DNA from: a virus
Length of the DNA: 64,000 bases
IMG/VR virus record: IMGVR_UViG_3300009187_000021
Span: 24,947-88,946 of that record
Strand: one strand, 5' to 3'
The position numbers were made by a program, and so were the translations under genes. The first letter of the stretch is position 1, and every line of letters begins with the position of its first letter. A model generated the notes under the pieces. That model was not told where the DNA came from. It did no database searches and saw only the letters and a program-made list of their open reading frames with translations. Of the stretch, positions 30,690 to 40,167 are shown one piece after another.

Positions 30690-31049
30690 TTAAGTTTCCT
30701 GAATAGTATCATTGAATTGCGGTGAGAAACCTTTAGATGAGTTAAAGTTCACCTTCAATCCTGGCAAACAACCCATTACAACAGGTGATTGCCCACCCAT
30801 ACCATCAGTAAAGAAACCAATAACCCATTCACCTAGAACTGGCGTTGAGAACATTTTAGTCCCACCGGTGACCGGATGCATAGGTAATGCCCACGGTAAA
30901 TCATTTGTCGGAATTAGATTTAAATCGTCGGTGTGCCATCCAAAGATTCTAACTTTCAGGCGACCTAGTTTAAGTGGATCATCTCGTCTTTCAACTACAC
31001 CCATCCACCATATAAATCCATCATGCCCCATTCTATTACTAAATGTCAT
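30690..31049 (-). CDS. gp5: Baseplate spike gp5, N-terminal OB-fold fragment
   Basis: WWMGVVE..DDPLKLGRLKVRIFGWH...LPWA...GEWVIGFFTDG...PVVMG. Confidence 0.92.
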   Translation of the reverse strand: MTFSNRMGHDGFIWWMGVVERRDDPLKLGRLKVRIFGWHTDDLNLIPTNDLPWALPMHPVTGGTKMFSTPVLGEWVIGFFTDGMGGQSPVVMGCLPGLKVNFNSSKGFSPQFNDTIQET

Positions 31050-32455
31050 TGATTTATCACCTTACTTATTGAGTTGTCATCATATGTTGATGCTGCTGCA
31101 CCAAACGAATCTTTTGCCACTTCTAACACCGTTTCATATTTATTGTTGACACCAATAATGTGTCTAACAGATGTTACTATATATGTACCAGAATGATACT
31201 CATCTTTTTCACCAGCATTGTTTCCTGATCCATCAGGTCCTCTTTGGGATGGCAGTATAACTTCAATCTTAGTTCCAACTGTCAGATTTGGATCACCTGA
31301 TAATAGAATTCTGACTCTTGAATAGTTAAGTAATGCGAGTTGTGCTGTTCTATTTGGCACCCACACTTCTGCCCTAACATCATTTGCAACGCCATGTTGA
31401 ATAGATTCATTGACAACAAGAGGAAGTTGTTTATGGTTGGTGTTTGTAGTTAACACTTTAAATACAGAATCATAATTTTCATTTGCTCTTTTACCTAATC
31501 TATTCTGTATATTACCGAGAACTGAACCTTCGTTTAGTGCAATTCCTTTTTTAAAGTAATTGTTATAATCAAATGTTGTCGCATTATACGTTCTCGCCAA
31601 AGGATCAATAGTTAATACTTTATTTGCAAAGACACCCATCGTTGTTCCATACAACGAATCAAAAGTATCAAGAATATTATACGACTTGATACCAATCAGT
31701 CCAATACCAAGTTCTTTAGATGCACCGTCATCACCAACGTTTCTTGGTGTGTACTTATACCTTGCGTATGTTTCCCGTTTGAATAGATTTTGAAGTGATA
31801 CGAAATTGAAACCTTCTGAGTTCTCAAAGAATACATAATCTGCACCCTCACCCTTGGCAGGTAATGCATAGTTTGCCAACCAATTAATTAACTCGAATGG
31901 TTTTCTATAACCTAAAACAAAATCATATAGACCTTTTGTTCTTCCAACAAGAACTTTTCTTTGTGATCCGTCACTAATCTGCATCATATCAGTTAAAATA
32001 TTATATACAATTGATGAGATTTCTTGACCAGTATAAGATTTACTAATCTTCATCTGTTCTGATAGAAACAATTCCTCTGAACAGAAATGTAGTGTGTAGT
32101 TTTCACTTAAATTGTTTTGAATAACCCTTTCACCGACACGATAAACTCTAAAGTATTTGTCAATCTCATATGCAGATTGTTGACCTTTTTTGAATTTGAG
32201 ATGAAGGAATTCTGATCCATTCATACCTAATCTGTCTATCATCGAGATGGAATCACTGATTAAAATCATACCAGTAATCGTACCGCGTGTGATATCTTCA
32301 AAGTATGACAGTTCTACCATCATAGATTTAAGACTAACAGTTTGTCTAGTTGCAATTAAATCTATAGATGTGAGTGAGTATTCATCAGGAACTGTAATAC
32401 CTGATGGTGCCTTGGCTGGTATTTCATTCGATACGCCAGTATCAGATATTGGCAT
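31046..32455 (-). CDS. Baseplate hub protein (gp27-like)
   Basis: Between gp53 and gp5; FFENSEGFNF, GDPNLTVG, SGTYIVTSVRH motifs of hub/late-control-D-like proteins. Confidence 0.7.
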   Translation of the reverse strand: MPISDTGVSNEIPAKAPSGITVPDEYSLTSIDLIATRQTVSLKSMMVELSYFEDITRGTITGMILISDSISMIDRLGMNGSEFLHLKFKKGQQSAYEIDKYFRVYRVGERVIQNNLSENYTLHFCSEELFLSEQMKISKSYTGQEISSIVYNILTDMMQISDGSQRKVLVGRTKGLYDFVLGYRKPFELINWLANYALPAKGEGADYVFFENSEGFNFVSLQNLFKRETYARYKYTPRNVGDDGASKELGIGLIGIKSYNILDTFDSLYGTTMGVFANKVLTIDPLARTYNATTFDYNNYFKKGIALNEGSVLGNIQNRLGKRANENYDSVFKVLTTNTNHKQLPLVVNESIQHGVANDVRAEVWVPNRTAQLALLNYSRVRILLSGDPNLTVGTKIEVILPSQRGPDGSGNNAGEKDEYHSGTYIVTSVRHIIGVNNKYETVLEVAKDSFGAAASTYDDNSISKVINQ

Positions 32456-33147
32456 TATGTTCTCATAAGAATTTTAAATTGTTCTTCCATATCACCAGCA
32501 AATGCTTGATTTAATAACTTAATCTCTCGTCTACTTTCATTCAAATCATTTTCATAGTCATATATGTATACGATGTTCTTAGATATTGCAACAGTAACTT
32601 GTGTGCCACCTGGAATATCATATGTCGTTGTAGATTCTGCCAGTGCATAGTAATCATCAAAGTCGATTGAGTTTTTTGTTACTGTAACAAGATCCGATTC
32701 TAAATCAGTTGTAGTGGTAATCTTTTCGTACCTATAAACCGTAGATTGGACATATGCGTAAACTAATTTATTCAACTCATCTTCAGTTAAATTTAAAGAT
32801 TCTATTGTAACAGGATAATTTGTTGAGTTATATAATCTAATAAACTCCGCTTGATACTTTGCAATCAAGTAATCAGTAAATGTCTGATAGTTCATCGGCC
32901 AATCCCACAATGGATCCATCAATTGATTCGAATACATAACGATCCAATACTTGTATGGATCTCCATAATACTTGTGTGCAACAGTTTCTGGTGTATCACC
33001 TTCCTGAATATTGTACTTATAAAATACAATTGCATTGTCTTGCAAATCTTCTAGAATTCTTGCTCTTGCTAAGAGATTTGTCAGAAGAATATAATTACCA
33101 TTCTGATCTTGATTTAAAACTTTAGGTAAGGTATCGAAGTATAACAT
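32455..33147 (-). CDS. gp53: Baseplate wedge subunit gp53
   Basis: YF..LP, GDTPETVAHKYYGDP...WIV..N...DP.WDWP, YE..LNE.RREIKLL. Confidence 0.92.
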   Translation of the reverse strand: MLYFDTLPKVLNQDQNGNYILLTNLLARARILEDLQDNAIVFYKYNIQEGDTPETVAHKYYGDPYKYWIVMYSNQLMDPLWDWPMNYQTFTDYLIAKYQAEFIRLYNSTNYPVTIESLNLTEDELNKLVYAYVQSTVYRYEKITTTTDLESDLVTVTKNSIDFDDYYALAESTTTYDIPGGTQVTVAISKNIVYIYDYENDLNESRREIKLLNQAFAGDMEEQFKILMRT

Positions 33148-34277
33148 TAGTAACCATCCTCGATTCTAGTCTTATCCACAATCTCAATTTCTCTAAACTG
33201 TAGGGAGAGTTTAGTCTGAACTGGTTCACCACCATCATATGTTGCCCAACCAATTGGTGCATAATCCACTGACATATTTTCTAACACACATTGTGTAATT
33301 CTATTTACTCTTCTGTTCTCTTCACCGTTGTAAAAGAATTTAATTTTGAACATATCAGGAACTTTAAAGAACATACCTTGTGTTCCGAACACACCATTTT
33401 TATTAATCTCTGGTGCTGATGCATATTTGAATTCGTATATAATTTTCTCAATAGCTAACGCTTCTTCTGCACTATATGGTGTTAATGTAAAATCGAATTG
33501 AAATGTTCTAAATCCAACGGATTGGAACAAGACTTGCAGTTGTGGATTAATAGCTTGTCCAATTCCTCGATTTAATAATTGTGATACTGCTTGACCATCT
33601 TTAACTAATCCTGCTTTTCCTAATAGAGTTCCTGCAAATTGACGAAGATATGGATCATTACCAGCTGCATTCAAAATATTTGCCACAGATGGTGTGCCAC
33701 CCGATGTCAGATTTCCAACAGCATTAATTACCGATGAACCAGCTTGTGCCAGAAAATATGGAGTGCCTAATGCGTCGGTCAAACTCTGTTCAGTATAAAA
33801 TGCACTATAATTAACTTGTACGGTATCAGGAACATAAAGATTGATGTACGTTCTTGGTCTACGCACCACATCAGCCTGTGCAATAGTTTGAATTGCAGCA
33901 GATGTACCACTACCTAAATTTTTAGCTACACTTAAAAAATCTCTACCTAACGTTCCCAAACCAGGAATAAAAGAATCGAGAGCAAGAGTTGCTGCATCAG
34001 CTGCAATTTTTGTTGCATCTTTCTCTAAATTATCAACTAATTGTTTGCCTGTTTTTTGAAGATTATTTCCAATTTCATTATTGTATTTTGGATCTGGTTC
34101 AAGAATTGTAAAGTTTATGTAATGTCTACGAGACGAATCTGTGCCGAGATTTCTTGGATATTGATAAGTTGCTCTCTGATATTTGTTTTTATATAATGAA
34201 CTTAATGGTCCACTAACTCCACCTGTTATGGAATCACCCGTTACAGAAGAAACAATGCTTTTTAAACTGAGATCCAT
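33147..34277 (-). CDS. gp48: Baseplate tail-tube cap gp48
   Basis: INLYVP, INPQLQVLFQSVGFRTFQFDFTLTP..EEA, LSLQFREIE. Confidence 0.9.
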   Translation of the reverse strand: MDLSLKSIVSSVTGDSITGGVSGPLSSLYKNKYQRATYQYPRNLGTDSSRRHYINFTILEPDPKYNNEIGNNLQKTGKQLVDNLEKDATKIAADAATLALDSFIPGLGTLGRDFLSVAKNLGSGTSAAIQTIAQADVVRRPRTYINLYVPDTVQVNYSAFYTEQSLTDALGTPYFLAQAGSSVINAVGNLTSGGTPSVANILNAAGNDPYLRQFAGTLLGKAGLVKDGQAVSQLLNRGIGQAINPQLQVLFQSVGFRTFQFDFTLTPYSAEEALAIEKIIYEFKYASAPEINKNGVFGTQGMFFKVPDMFKIKFFYNGEENRRVNRITQCVLENMSVDYAPIGWATYDGGEPVQTKLSLQFREIEIVDKTRIEDGY

Positions 34278-34307
34278 ATTTTTCCATATAGGGATTGATA
34301 TATATTA

Positions 34308-34315
34308 TATTTATA
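34308..34315 (-). promoter_or_regulatory. T4 late promoter TATAAATA for the gp48 operon
   Basis: Exact consensus about 30 bp upstream of gp48. Confidence 0.7.
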
Positions 34316-34752
34316 TGTCATACAAGGGCAAATTTACTCCTAGAAATCCACGCAAATATCGTGGCGATCCACATAATATTATCTACCGATCAACGTGGGA
34401 ATGCCGAGTTATGAGTTGGCTTGACACCAACGATAGTGTTATCGAATGGGCATCTGAGGAGTTATTCGTACCATATAAATCACCGATTGATGGTAAGATG
34501 CATCGGTACTTTCCAGACTTTCTAGTCAGATTCAAACAGAAAGATGGTACGACTAAAGTGATGATGATCGAAGTCAAACCAGAGAGACAAACAAAACCTC
34601 CAGTTAAGAAGTCTAGAGTGACAAAACAATACATTAACGAAGTTGTCACCTGGGGTACAAATGAAGCAAAGTGGAAAGCAGCATCTGAATACTGTCTTGA
34701 TCGCGGATGGACATTTAAGGTGTTAACGGAGTATGATCTTGGGATTAAATAA
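34315..34752 (+). CDS. gp4: Head completion nuclease gp4 (TnsA-like)
   Basis: Start re-assigned to MSYKGKFTPRNPRKYRGD; YRSTWE, WASEE, HRYFPDF, IEVKP, NEAKWKAA. Confidence 0.93.
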   Translation: MSYKGKFTPRNPRKYRGDPHNIIYRSTWECRVMSWLDTNDSVIEWASEELFVPYKSPIDGKMHRYFPDFLVRFKQKDGTTKVMMIEVKPERQTKPPVKKSRVTKQYINEVVTWGTNEAKWKAASEYCLDRGWTFKVLTEYDLGIK

Positions 34753-34756
34753 TCAA

Positions 34757-34764
34757 CATAAATA
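34757..34764 (+). promoter_or_regulatory. T4-type late promoter (CATAAATA)
   Basis: Intergenic, just upstream of gp2. Confidence 0.6.
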
Positions 34765-34769
34765 TATTC

Positions 34770-35372
34770 ATGAAAGCATCTACCCTAACAACATTAGCAC
34801 AACAAAAGACTGGACTAGAATTAGAATTTCTATCCAGAAAGTCGATTGCATGGTATAAAGATCAAATTCAAGGTATGAAAAATCCAACTAGACTTGCAAG
34901 AGAGATTGCAGTCGAACGGGATCGCCAGGGTAAAAGATTTCTAATGGGTGGACTGTATCATTACTATTATGATCCAAAGACTAAAGAAGAGTTGCCATAC
35001 TATGATATATTTCCACTTGTGATACCGTTGCAGAAGTATCCAGATGGATTTCTAGGACTCAATCTTCATTATCTACCAATCACAATGCGAGCAACATTCA
35101 TGGATAAACTCATGAACTTTGCAATTATGAACAAAGATGATGATCCGATGAGACTCAGAGTAACCTATGATATTTTGAATGCAACGAATCGATATAAAGA
35201 ATTCAGACCTTGTATTAAAAGATATTTGACATCACATATTGTTTCTAAAATTATGACTGTGAAACCTCATGAGTGGGAGACGGCACTCTTTCTACCAACT
35301 CATCAGTTCAAGAAAGCACCTGTGTCAAGAGTACATAAAGATTCACGAGATCAAATTAGAAGGACAACGTAA
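34770..35372 (+). CDS. gp2: DNA end protector protein gp2
   Basis: YDPKTKEELPYYDIFPLV, GFLGLNLHYLP, PCIKRYL, WETALFLP. Confidence 0.93.
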   Translation: MKASTLTTLAQQKTGLELEFLSRKSIAWYKDQIQGMKNPTRLAREIAVERDRQGKRFLMGGLYHYYYDPKTKEELPYYDIFPLVIPLQKYPDGFLGLNLHYLPITMRATFMDKLMNFAIMNKDDDPMRLRVTYDILNATNRYKEFRPCIKRYLTSHIVSKIMTVKPHEWETALFLPTHQFKKAPVSRVHKDSRDQIRRTT

Positions 35373-36019
35373 TGGCCGGATCTATTGCAGAATTCAAGGC
35401 TAGTTTTAGAACTGAATTAGCCAGACCTAATAAGTTTGACGTATTCATTCCAATTCCAGTTGGATTAGCACCGTATATTACTATATCCAAAGCACTCAAC
35501 TATCGATGTGAAAGTACCGATCTGCCTGGTAGATCGATTGCGACAACTACACAAAAGATTTATGGACCAGAAGAGAAGTTTCCATATCAGACTACTTTTA
35601 ATGATATCAGTCTGACGTTTATCTGTACCGATAAGATGGAAGAGAAGTTATTCTTTGACGCATGGTTAGAGTATATCAATCCATCTGTGACATATAACTT
35701 TAAGTATAAGAAGAGTTACGCAAGTAATATCAGAATTAATCAGTATGATGTTCGCAATAAAGTTTCATACTCTGTTGACTTAATCGAAGCATTTCCGATT
35801 GCAATGAACGAAATGTCACTAGATTGGTCTGCTGATGGATACCATAAGTTGACAATTACATTTGCATTTACAAAATGGAAAAACAATTCTATACAAGGTC
35901 TTGCGATGCAATTCCTTGAGACTGGGCAGATTTCTCCACTTGATTCTGTCATTAGAGGCGCAGCAGAAGGTGCAACAGGAATTTCAGTACCATCTATAGC
36001 TACAGCCGCGGGTTTTTAA
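35372..36019 (+). CDS. gp54: Baseplate tail-tube initiator gp54 (tube-protein fold)
   Basis: LARPNKF, CESTDLPG, FFDAW, EAFP, KLTITF; synteny gp2-gp54-gp26. Confidence 0.8.
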   Translation: MAGSIAEFKASFRTELARPNKFDVFIPIPVGLAPYITISKALNYRCESTDLPGRSIATTTQKIYGPEEKFPYQTTFNDISLTFICTDKMEEKLFFDAWLEYINPSVTYNFKYKKSYASNIRINQYDVRNKVSYSVDLIEAFPIAMNEMSLDWSADGYHKLTITFAFTKWKNNSIQGLAMQFLETGQISPLDSVIRGAAEGATGISVPSIATAAGF

Positions 36020-36035
36020 AATAAAGGAGTGAATT

Positions 36036-36761
36036 GTGGCATTACCGAAAATTGATACACCAATATATAATCTTACATTACCATTGAGTAAAAAAGAGAT
36101 TACGTTTAGACCATTTCTAGTAAAAGAACAGAAGAATCTTTTGATGGCAATGGAGTCAAATGACAAAGAGTCAATCGAAAGAAACATTCGACAAGTAATA
36201 TACAACTGCACACTCACGAAAGGTGTTGACATTGATCGATTACCCGTGATTGATGTTGAATTCTATTTTCTAAATCTTCGTGCCAGATCAGTTGGCGAAA
36301 TGGTAGAGAACAAATATCGATGTGATAATATCGTTGAGGAGAGTTCGTGTGGCAACATCATGGAATCTGAATTCAACATTCTAGACATTAAAGTAACCAA
36401 CATCAAAGATGGTGATGATGTTATTCAGATCACCGATAAAGTGTCGATGAAGTTAAAGTATCCAGAATACTCAATCGTATCTCGATTATCTAATCTTGAA
36501 AGTATTTCTGATATTGCATTTGAAATGATTGCAGACTCTGTTGATTACATTTACGATGGCGAACAGATGTATTATGCAAGAGAAACACCGAGAGAAGAAT
36601 TAGTTGAGTTCATCGAATCACTCAATACAAATCAATTCAAAAAGATTGAAGAATTCTTTTCTGATTTACCTAAGTTAGAAAAGAAGATTGAAATGCGCTG
36701 TATGAAATGTGGGTTTCAACACTCACTTGATGTACAAGGACTCGAAAGTTTTTTCGAATAA
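36036..36761 (+). CDS. gp26: Baseplate hub assembly chaperone gp26
   Basis: GTG start; ALPKI..P, RPFLVKEQK.LLMA, LRARSVGE, CxxC, GLESFF. Confidence 0.92.
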   Translation: MALPKIDTPIYNLTLPLSKKEITFRPFLVKEQKNLLMAMESNDKESIERNIRQVIYNCTLTKGVDIDRLPVIDVEFYFLNLRARSVGEMVENKYRCDNIVEESSCGNIMESEFNILDIKVTNIKDGDDVIQITDKVSMKLKYPEYSIVSRLSNLESISDIAFEMIADSVDYIYDGEQMYYARETPREELVEFIESLNTNQFKKIEEFFSDLPKLEKKIEMRCMKCGFQHSLDVQGLESFFE

Positions 36762-36955
36762 TATTTGGTCATGAGAATCTTAGAAACTATTATAAAACTA
36801 ATTTTTCTTTGATGCAACATCATAAGTATAGTCTAACTGAACTAGAGAATATGATGCCGTGGGAACGAGACATTTATGTTGGTATGTTAATTCAGTATAT
36901 TGAAGAGGAAAATCTAAAACTAAAACAGAAGTTAAACGAACGAAGAATTAGATGA
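36749..36955 (+). CDS. gp51: Baseplate hub assembly protein gp51 frame (probably reached by a -1 frameshift from gp26; first in-frame ATG only at 36812)
   Basis: Hand translation: ..IIFGHENLRNYYKTNFSLMQHHKYSLTELENMMPWERDIYVGMLIQYIEEEN..; absent from the ORF track. Confidence 0.85.
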   Translation, partial: FFRIIFGHENLRNYYKTNFSLMQHHKYSLTELENMMPWERDIYVGMLIQYIEEENLKLKQKLNERRIR

Positions 36956-38790
36956 ACTATCACGAGGCGGCAAGAACAAGAAAGACAGGACTATCGGCAT
37001 TAATTGTTAATAATTTAATGTCCGGTGGTTCTATTAAAGGTGCCATATCTGATAGGATGCAGGCGTCTATGGTGGGTCTTAAAGAGAAATTCGATCCGTT
37101 GAACATTGCATCTAAGTTAACTGGTGGATCAAAAATAGGTCCTGCATTACTTGGTAGAATGACTGGTCGAAGCAAAGAAGATATTGATTACTTTGCAAAT
37201 AGAAAAAGAATTCATCGATTTGATAATGTGATGAATCAAGGTCATGGATCTGGTGATTCTAGAAAAGCAACAGAGATACTAGAAAATATCTATTCTTTTA
37301 TGGTCAAGACTCGTGAGTCTCAGATCAAAGACAATCATTCTTCAATTAAGTTTGAGAATGAGAGACAACAAGCAAATCAAAGACGCCACGATGAAGTGAT
37401 GAATGTCTTTAATGAGGCGACAAAACGAAATAGACGAGCAGTTGCAGTAATTGCAAAACCAAAACCGGCAGAGAAAACACCAGAAGCGCAACCGCCAACA
37501 CCTCCTAAACCTGGTGTGTCACCGAAACCAGAACCTGCTAAACCAACTCCTGCTCCTGCTAAACCAGTAGAACCCACTAAACCTACTCCTGCTCCTGCTA
37601 AACCAGTAGAACCCACTAAACCTACTCCTGCTCCTGCTAAACCAGTAGAACCCACTAAACCTACTCCTGCTCCTGCTAAACCAGTAGAACCAGTTAAAGC
37701 GCCAGAACCAGTTAAACTTACTCCTGCTCCTGCTAAACCAGTAGAACCAGTTAAAGCGCCAGAAGTGGTTAAACCTCCACCGGAAGTTGTCAAACCGCCC
37801 GTTAAACCAGTAGAGACTGCTAAACGAGTTTCTAAACCTGAACCTGCGCCTCCTTCGGCTGCACCCGCACCACCACCTGTTACTAAGCCACCAACTGCAC
37901 AACCATCAGCTACAAAAATAATTACTGGTGCCGCCACTGCAACAGCCGTTCTTACTGGAAGAGAAGCCTTAGCAACCAATATTTCAAAATATGAAAGTGG
38001 AGGAAAAGGATATAATGCATATAATAGAGGAGATTTTTGGCTTGCTAAAAAAGATGAAGGTAAGTACCTTCAAAAAAATGATATAGATTTCAGTAAAATG
38101 ACAATTACTGATTATTTGAAAAGAACGAATAAAAAATTAAAGGCTGGAGGCTTGTTGGATGCATCCGATCCAAATGTATTATTTGCTGTTGGTAAATATC
38201 AACTTATTCCCGGCACAATGAAAGTTATGGCTGAAAAACTGGGCCTTGATCCAGATAAAACATATTTAAATAAAGACACGCAAGACATGTTGTTTGCTAA
38301 AGGTTTAACCACCAAAGGTAGTGGAGGTCGAGGTGCGGTTGATGATTATATTGGCGGAAAACAAGGAGCAACAAGAGATGCCGCTATACTAGCACTTGCA
38401 ATGGAATTTGCATCTGTTGGTGTTCCTTATGACATAAAAGCAAAAAGTTTATTTAAAAATACATTACCTAATGTTGATTTAAAAAAAGGAGAAACTTTTT
38501 ATAAAGCGCCAGGTGGATTTAACAAAGCACACAACTCTCCTGAAGAAGTTGGTGCGGCTCTAGACGCTGACCGAACATCAAAAACAAAATTACAAACAAA
38601 TAATACTACTGTTGGATCTTCATTAAATGATTCTTCTATGAACAATGCCGACATGAAAAAATCATTAGGTCAAGGATCTGGCGCACAACCAGTTGTCGTG
38701 AATAATACAACAAATGTTTTAAACAAAGAAACAACAGTTGCGTCAAGTTCAGACAGAGGTTCAGATAATCCACAATACAAGAGACAATAA
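36952..38790 (+). CDS. Tape-measure/hub-like protein with Pro-rich linker and lysozyme-like (muramidase) domain
   Basis: Follows gp26/51; ISKYESGGKGYNAYN...AVGKYQLIPGT...QD motifs of phage lysozyme-like domains; PAPAKPVEP repeats; VVNNTTN near the C-terminus. Confidence 0.7.
   Translation: MNYHEAARTRKTGLSALIVNNLMSGGSIKGAISDRMQASMVGLKEKFDPLNIASKLTGGSKIGPALLGRMTGRSKEDIDYFANRKRIHRFDNVMNQGHGSGDSRKATEILENIYSFMVKTRESQIKDNHSSIKFENERQQANQRRHDEVMNVFNEATKRNRRAVAVIAKPKPAEKTPEAQPPTPPKPGVSPKPEPAKPTPAPAKPVEPTKPTPAPAKPVEPTKPTPAPAKPVEPTKPTPAPAKPVEPVKAPEPVKLTPAPAKPVEPVKAPEVVKPPPEVVKPPVKPVETAKRVSKPEPAPPSAAPAPPPVTKPPTAQPSATKIITGAATATAVLTGREALATNISKYESGGKGYNAYNRGDFWLAKKDEGKYLQKNDIDFSKMTITDYLKRTNKKLKAGGLLDASDPNVLFAVGKYQLIPGTMKVMAEKLGLDPDKTYLNKDTQDMLFAKGLTTKGSGGRGAVDDYIGGKQGATRDAAILALAMEFASVGVPYDIKAKSLFKNTLPNVDLKKGETFYKAPGGFNKAHNSPEEVGAALDADRTSKTKLQTNNTTVGSSLNDSSMNNADMKKSLGQGSGAQPVVVNNTTNVLNKETTVASSSDRGSDNPQYKRQ
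37546..37765 (+). repeat. 39-bp tandem repeat (3 perfect copies plus partial and 57-bp-spaced variants) encoding TPAPAKPVEPTKP
   Basis: ACTCCTGCTCCTGCTAAACCAGTAGAACCCACTAAACCT at 37546, 37585, 37624; variants at 37663 and 37720. Confidence 0.95.
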
Positions 38791-40124
38791 TGGACTATTC
38801 AACAGCAAGTTCAATTAGAGGACAAAAACTATCATCATTGATCACTGGACGAATTATGTCCGGGCAAGGTGTTGGATCATCTATTAAAGGTGCAATATCA
38901 GATAGAATGAAAGCGAAAGCGATGGGTGCCAAAGAAAGATATGATCCATTGAACATTGCAAAGAAACTAACTGGTGGTAGTTCATTGGCGCCTGCATTGC
39001 TTGGTAGAATGATGGGTCGCAGTAAAGAAGATATTAGTTACTTTTCAGGTAAAGGTACTGCTACCGCATTAGGTAAAGAGACAGGCAACATTGGTGGTGG
39101 TTCTGTTGATGTTCTGAATAAAATTCTAGCATTTCTACAAAAGAGCCATGAAATTGATGTTAGAACTATGGAAGTTAAAAAGAACTTCCAAGAAGAGGCA
39201 ATGAATGAGGATGAAAGAAGACATCAACAATTTCTAAAAGCATTAAAATCATTTACTTCTTCCACTGGTACTGCAACTTTAGTTGGAGGTAAGACTGGTG
39301 GATCTAGTTTTCTTGATATGTTGATGAGTATGTTAGATGGTATTCCTTGGTTATCAACTATAAAGAAAATGATACCATTCTTTGGTCGATTAGTGACATT
39401 CTTTACTGGACCAGTAGGTATGGCAATTCTGGGAATAACTTCAGTATTAGCTTTCGCAAGCTGGTTATCGGATCAGATAAAATTAGTACCTGATATGAGT
39501 AAACTAACACCTAAAGATGCCGCTGCCGTGATTGCAAGTGGTGACGAGCGAATGATTATGAAATATGGTGGTATAGAATCATTAAAAAAATTAGCAGAAA
39601 GTGATGGTAGTGTTGCACCTGAACAAGGTGCATCTTCACTCGTAGGTGGTAATAATAATGCTAGACCAGGACATCCAAATCGTCCAGTGACTACGACTGG
39701 AAATAAATTAAAATTAGAACAAGAAAAATGGGATAAAGAGAAGAGTCCTTTTTATAATGAAGATGGAACTTTAAAATCTTCATCTCCAACTGCACAAGTA
39801 ATACCCAATAAATCATCATCACCTGGTGGTTCTGGATCTAGTATGTCACCTTCGGGATCATCATCTGGTGGTTCATCTGGTGCACCACCAATGACTCCTA
39901 TGCCAACATCATCTGGTGTATCTGAAACAACTAATCAAAATATTGATTTAAATATGGAACAATCATCAACATCAGGTGGTGGTTCATCTGGTCCTATTGT
40001 TACCAATACAACCAACAATATGGGTAATGAAAAGAGTGCTGCATCAACGACTGCATCACAAAGAGATAATACACCAGTATTGGTGCATATCTATGATTCA
40101 TTGAATCGCGCCGGATTTCTATAA
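38790..40124 (+). CDS. Tape-measure/hub-like protein, paralogue of the upstream gene
   Basis: N-terminal about 85 aa share SIKGAISDRM..DPLNIA.KLTGGS...PALLGRM.GRSKEDI.YF with 36952..38790; hydrophobic segment; Ser/Gly-rich tail. Confidence 0.7.
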   Translation: MDYSTASSIRGQKLSSLITGRIMSGQGVGSSIKGAISDRMKAKAMGAKERYDPLNIAKKLTGGSSLAPALLGRMMGRSKEDISYFSGKGTATALGKETGNIGGGSVDVLNKILAFLQKSHEIDVRTMEVKKNFQEEAMNEDERRHQQFLKALKSFTSSTGTATLVGGKTGGSSFLDMLMSMLDGIPWLSTIKKMIPFFGRLVTFFTGPVGMAILGITSVLAFASWLSDQIKLVPDMSKLTPKDAAAVIASGDERMIMKYGGIESLKKLAESDGSVAPEQGASSLVGGNNNARPGHPNRPVTTTGNKLKLEQEKWDKEKSPFYNEDGTLKSSSPTAQVIPNKSSSPGGSGSSMSPSGSSSGGSSGAPPMTPMPTSSGVSETTNQNIDLNMEQSSTSGGGSSGPIVTNTTNNMGNEKSAASTTASQRDNTPVLVHIYDSLNRAGFL

Positions 40125-40147
40125 AAAAGGGAGCCGAAGCTCCCTTT
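40123..40147. terminator. Rho-independent terminator between convergent genes (UUCG loop on the minus strand)
   Basis: AAAAAAGGGAGC-CGAA-GCTCCCTTT. Confidence 0.9.
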
Positions 40148-40167
40148 CAATTCAGTCAATAATTAAA

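Noticed and set aside
432-33054. Many plus-strand ORFs of 60-180 aa (Val/Pro/Leu-rich) in the ORF track
   Set aside because: Antisense shadows of Thr/Gly/Ser-rich minus-strand structural genes; no RBS or family motifs.
37377-37979. Minus-strand repetitive ORFs (200 aa and 127 aa)
   Set aside because: Antisense products of the 39-bp tandem repeat.
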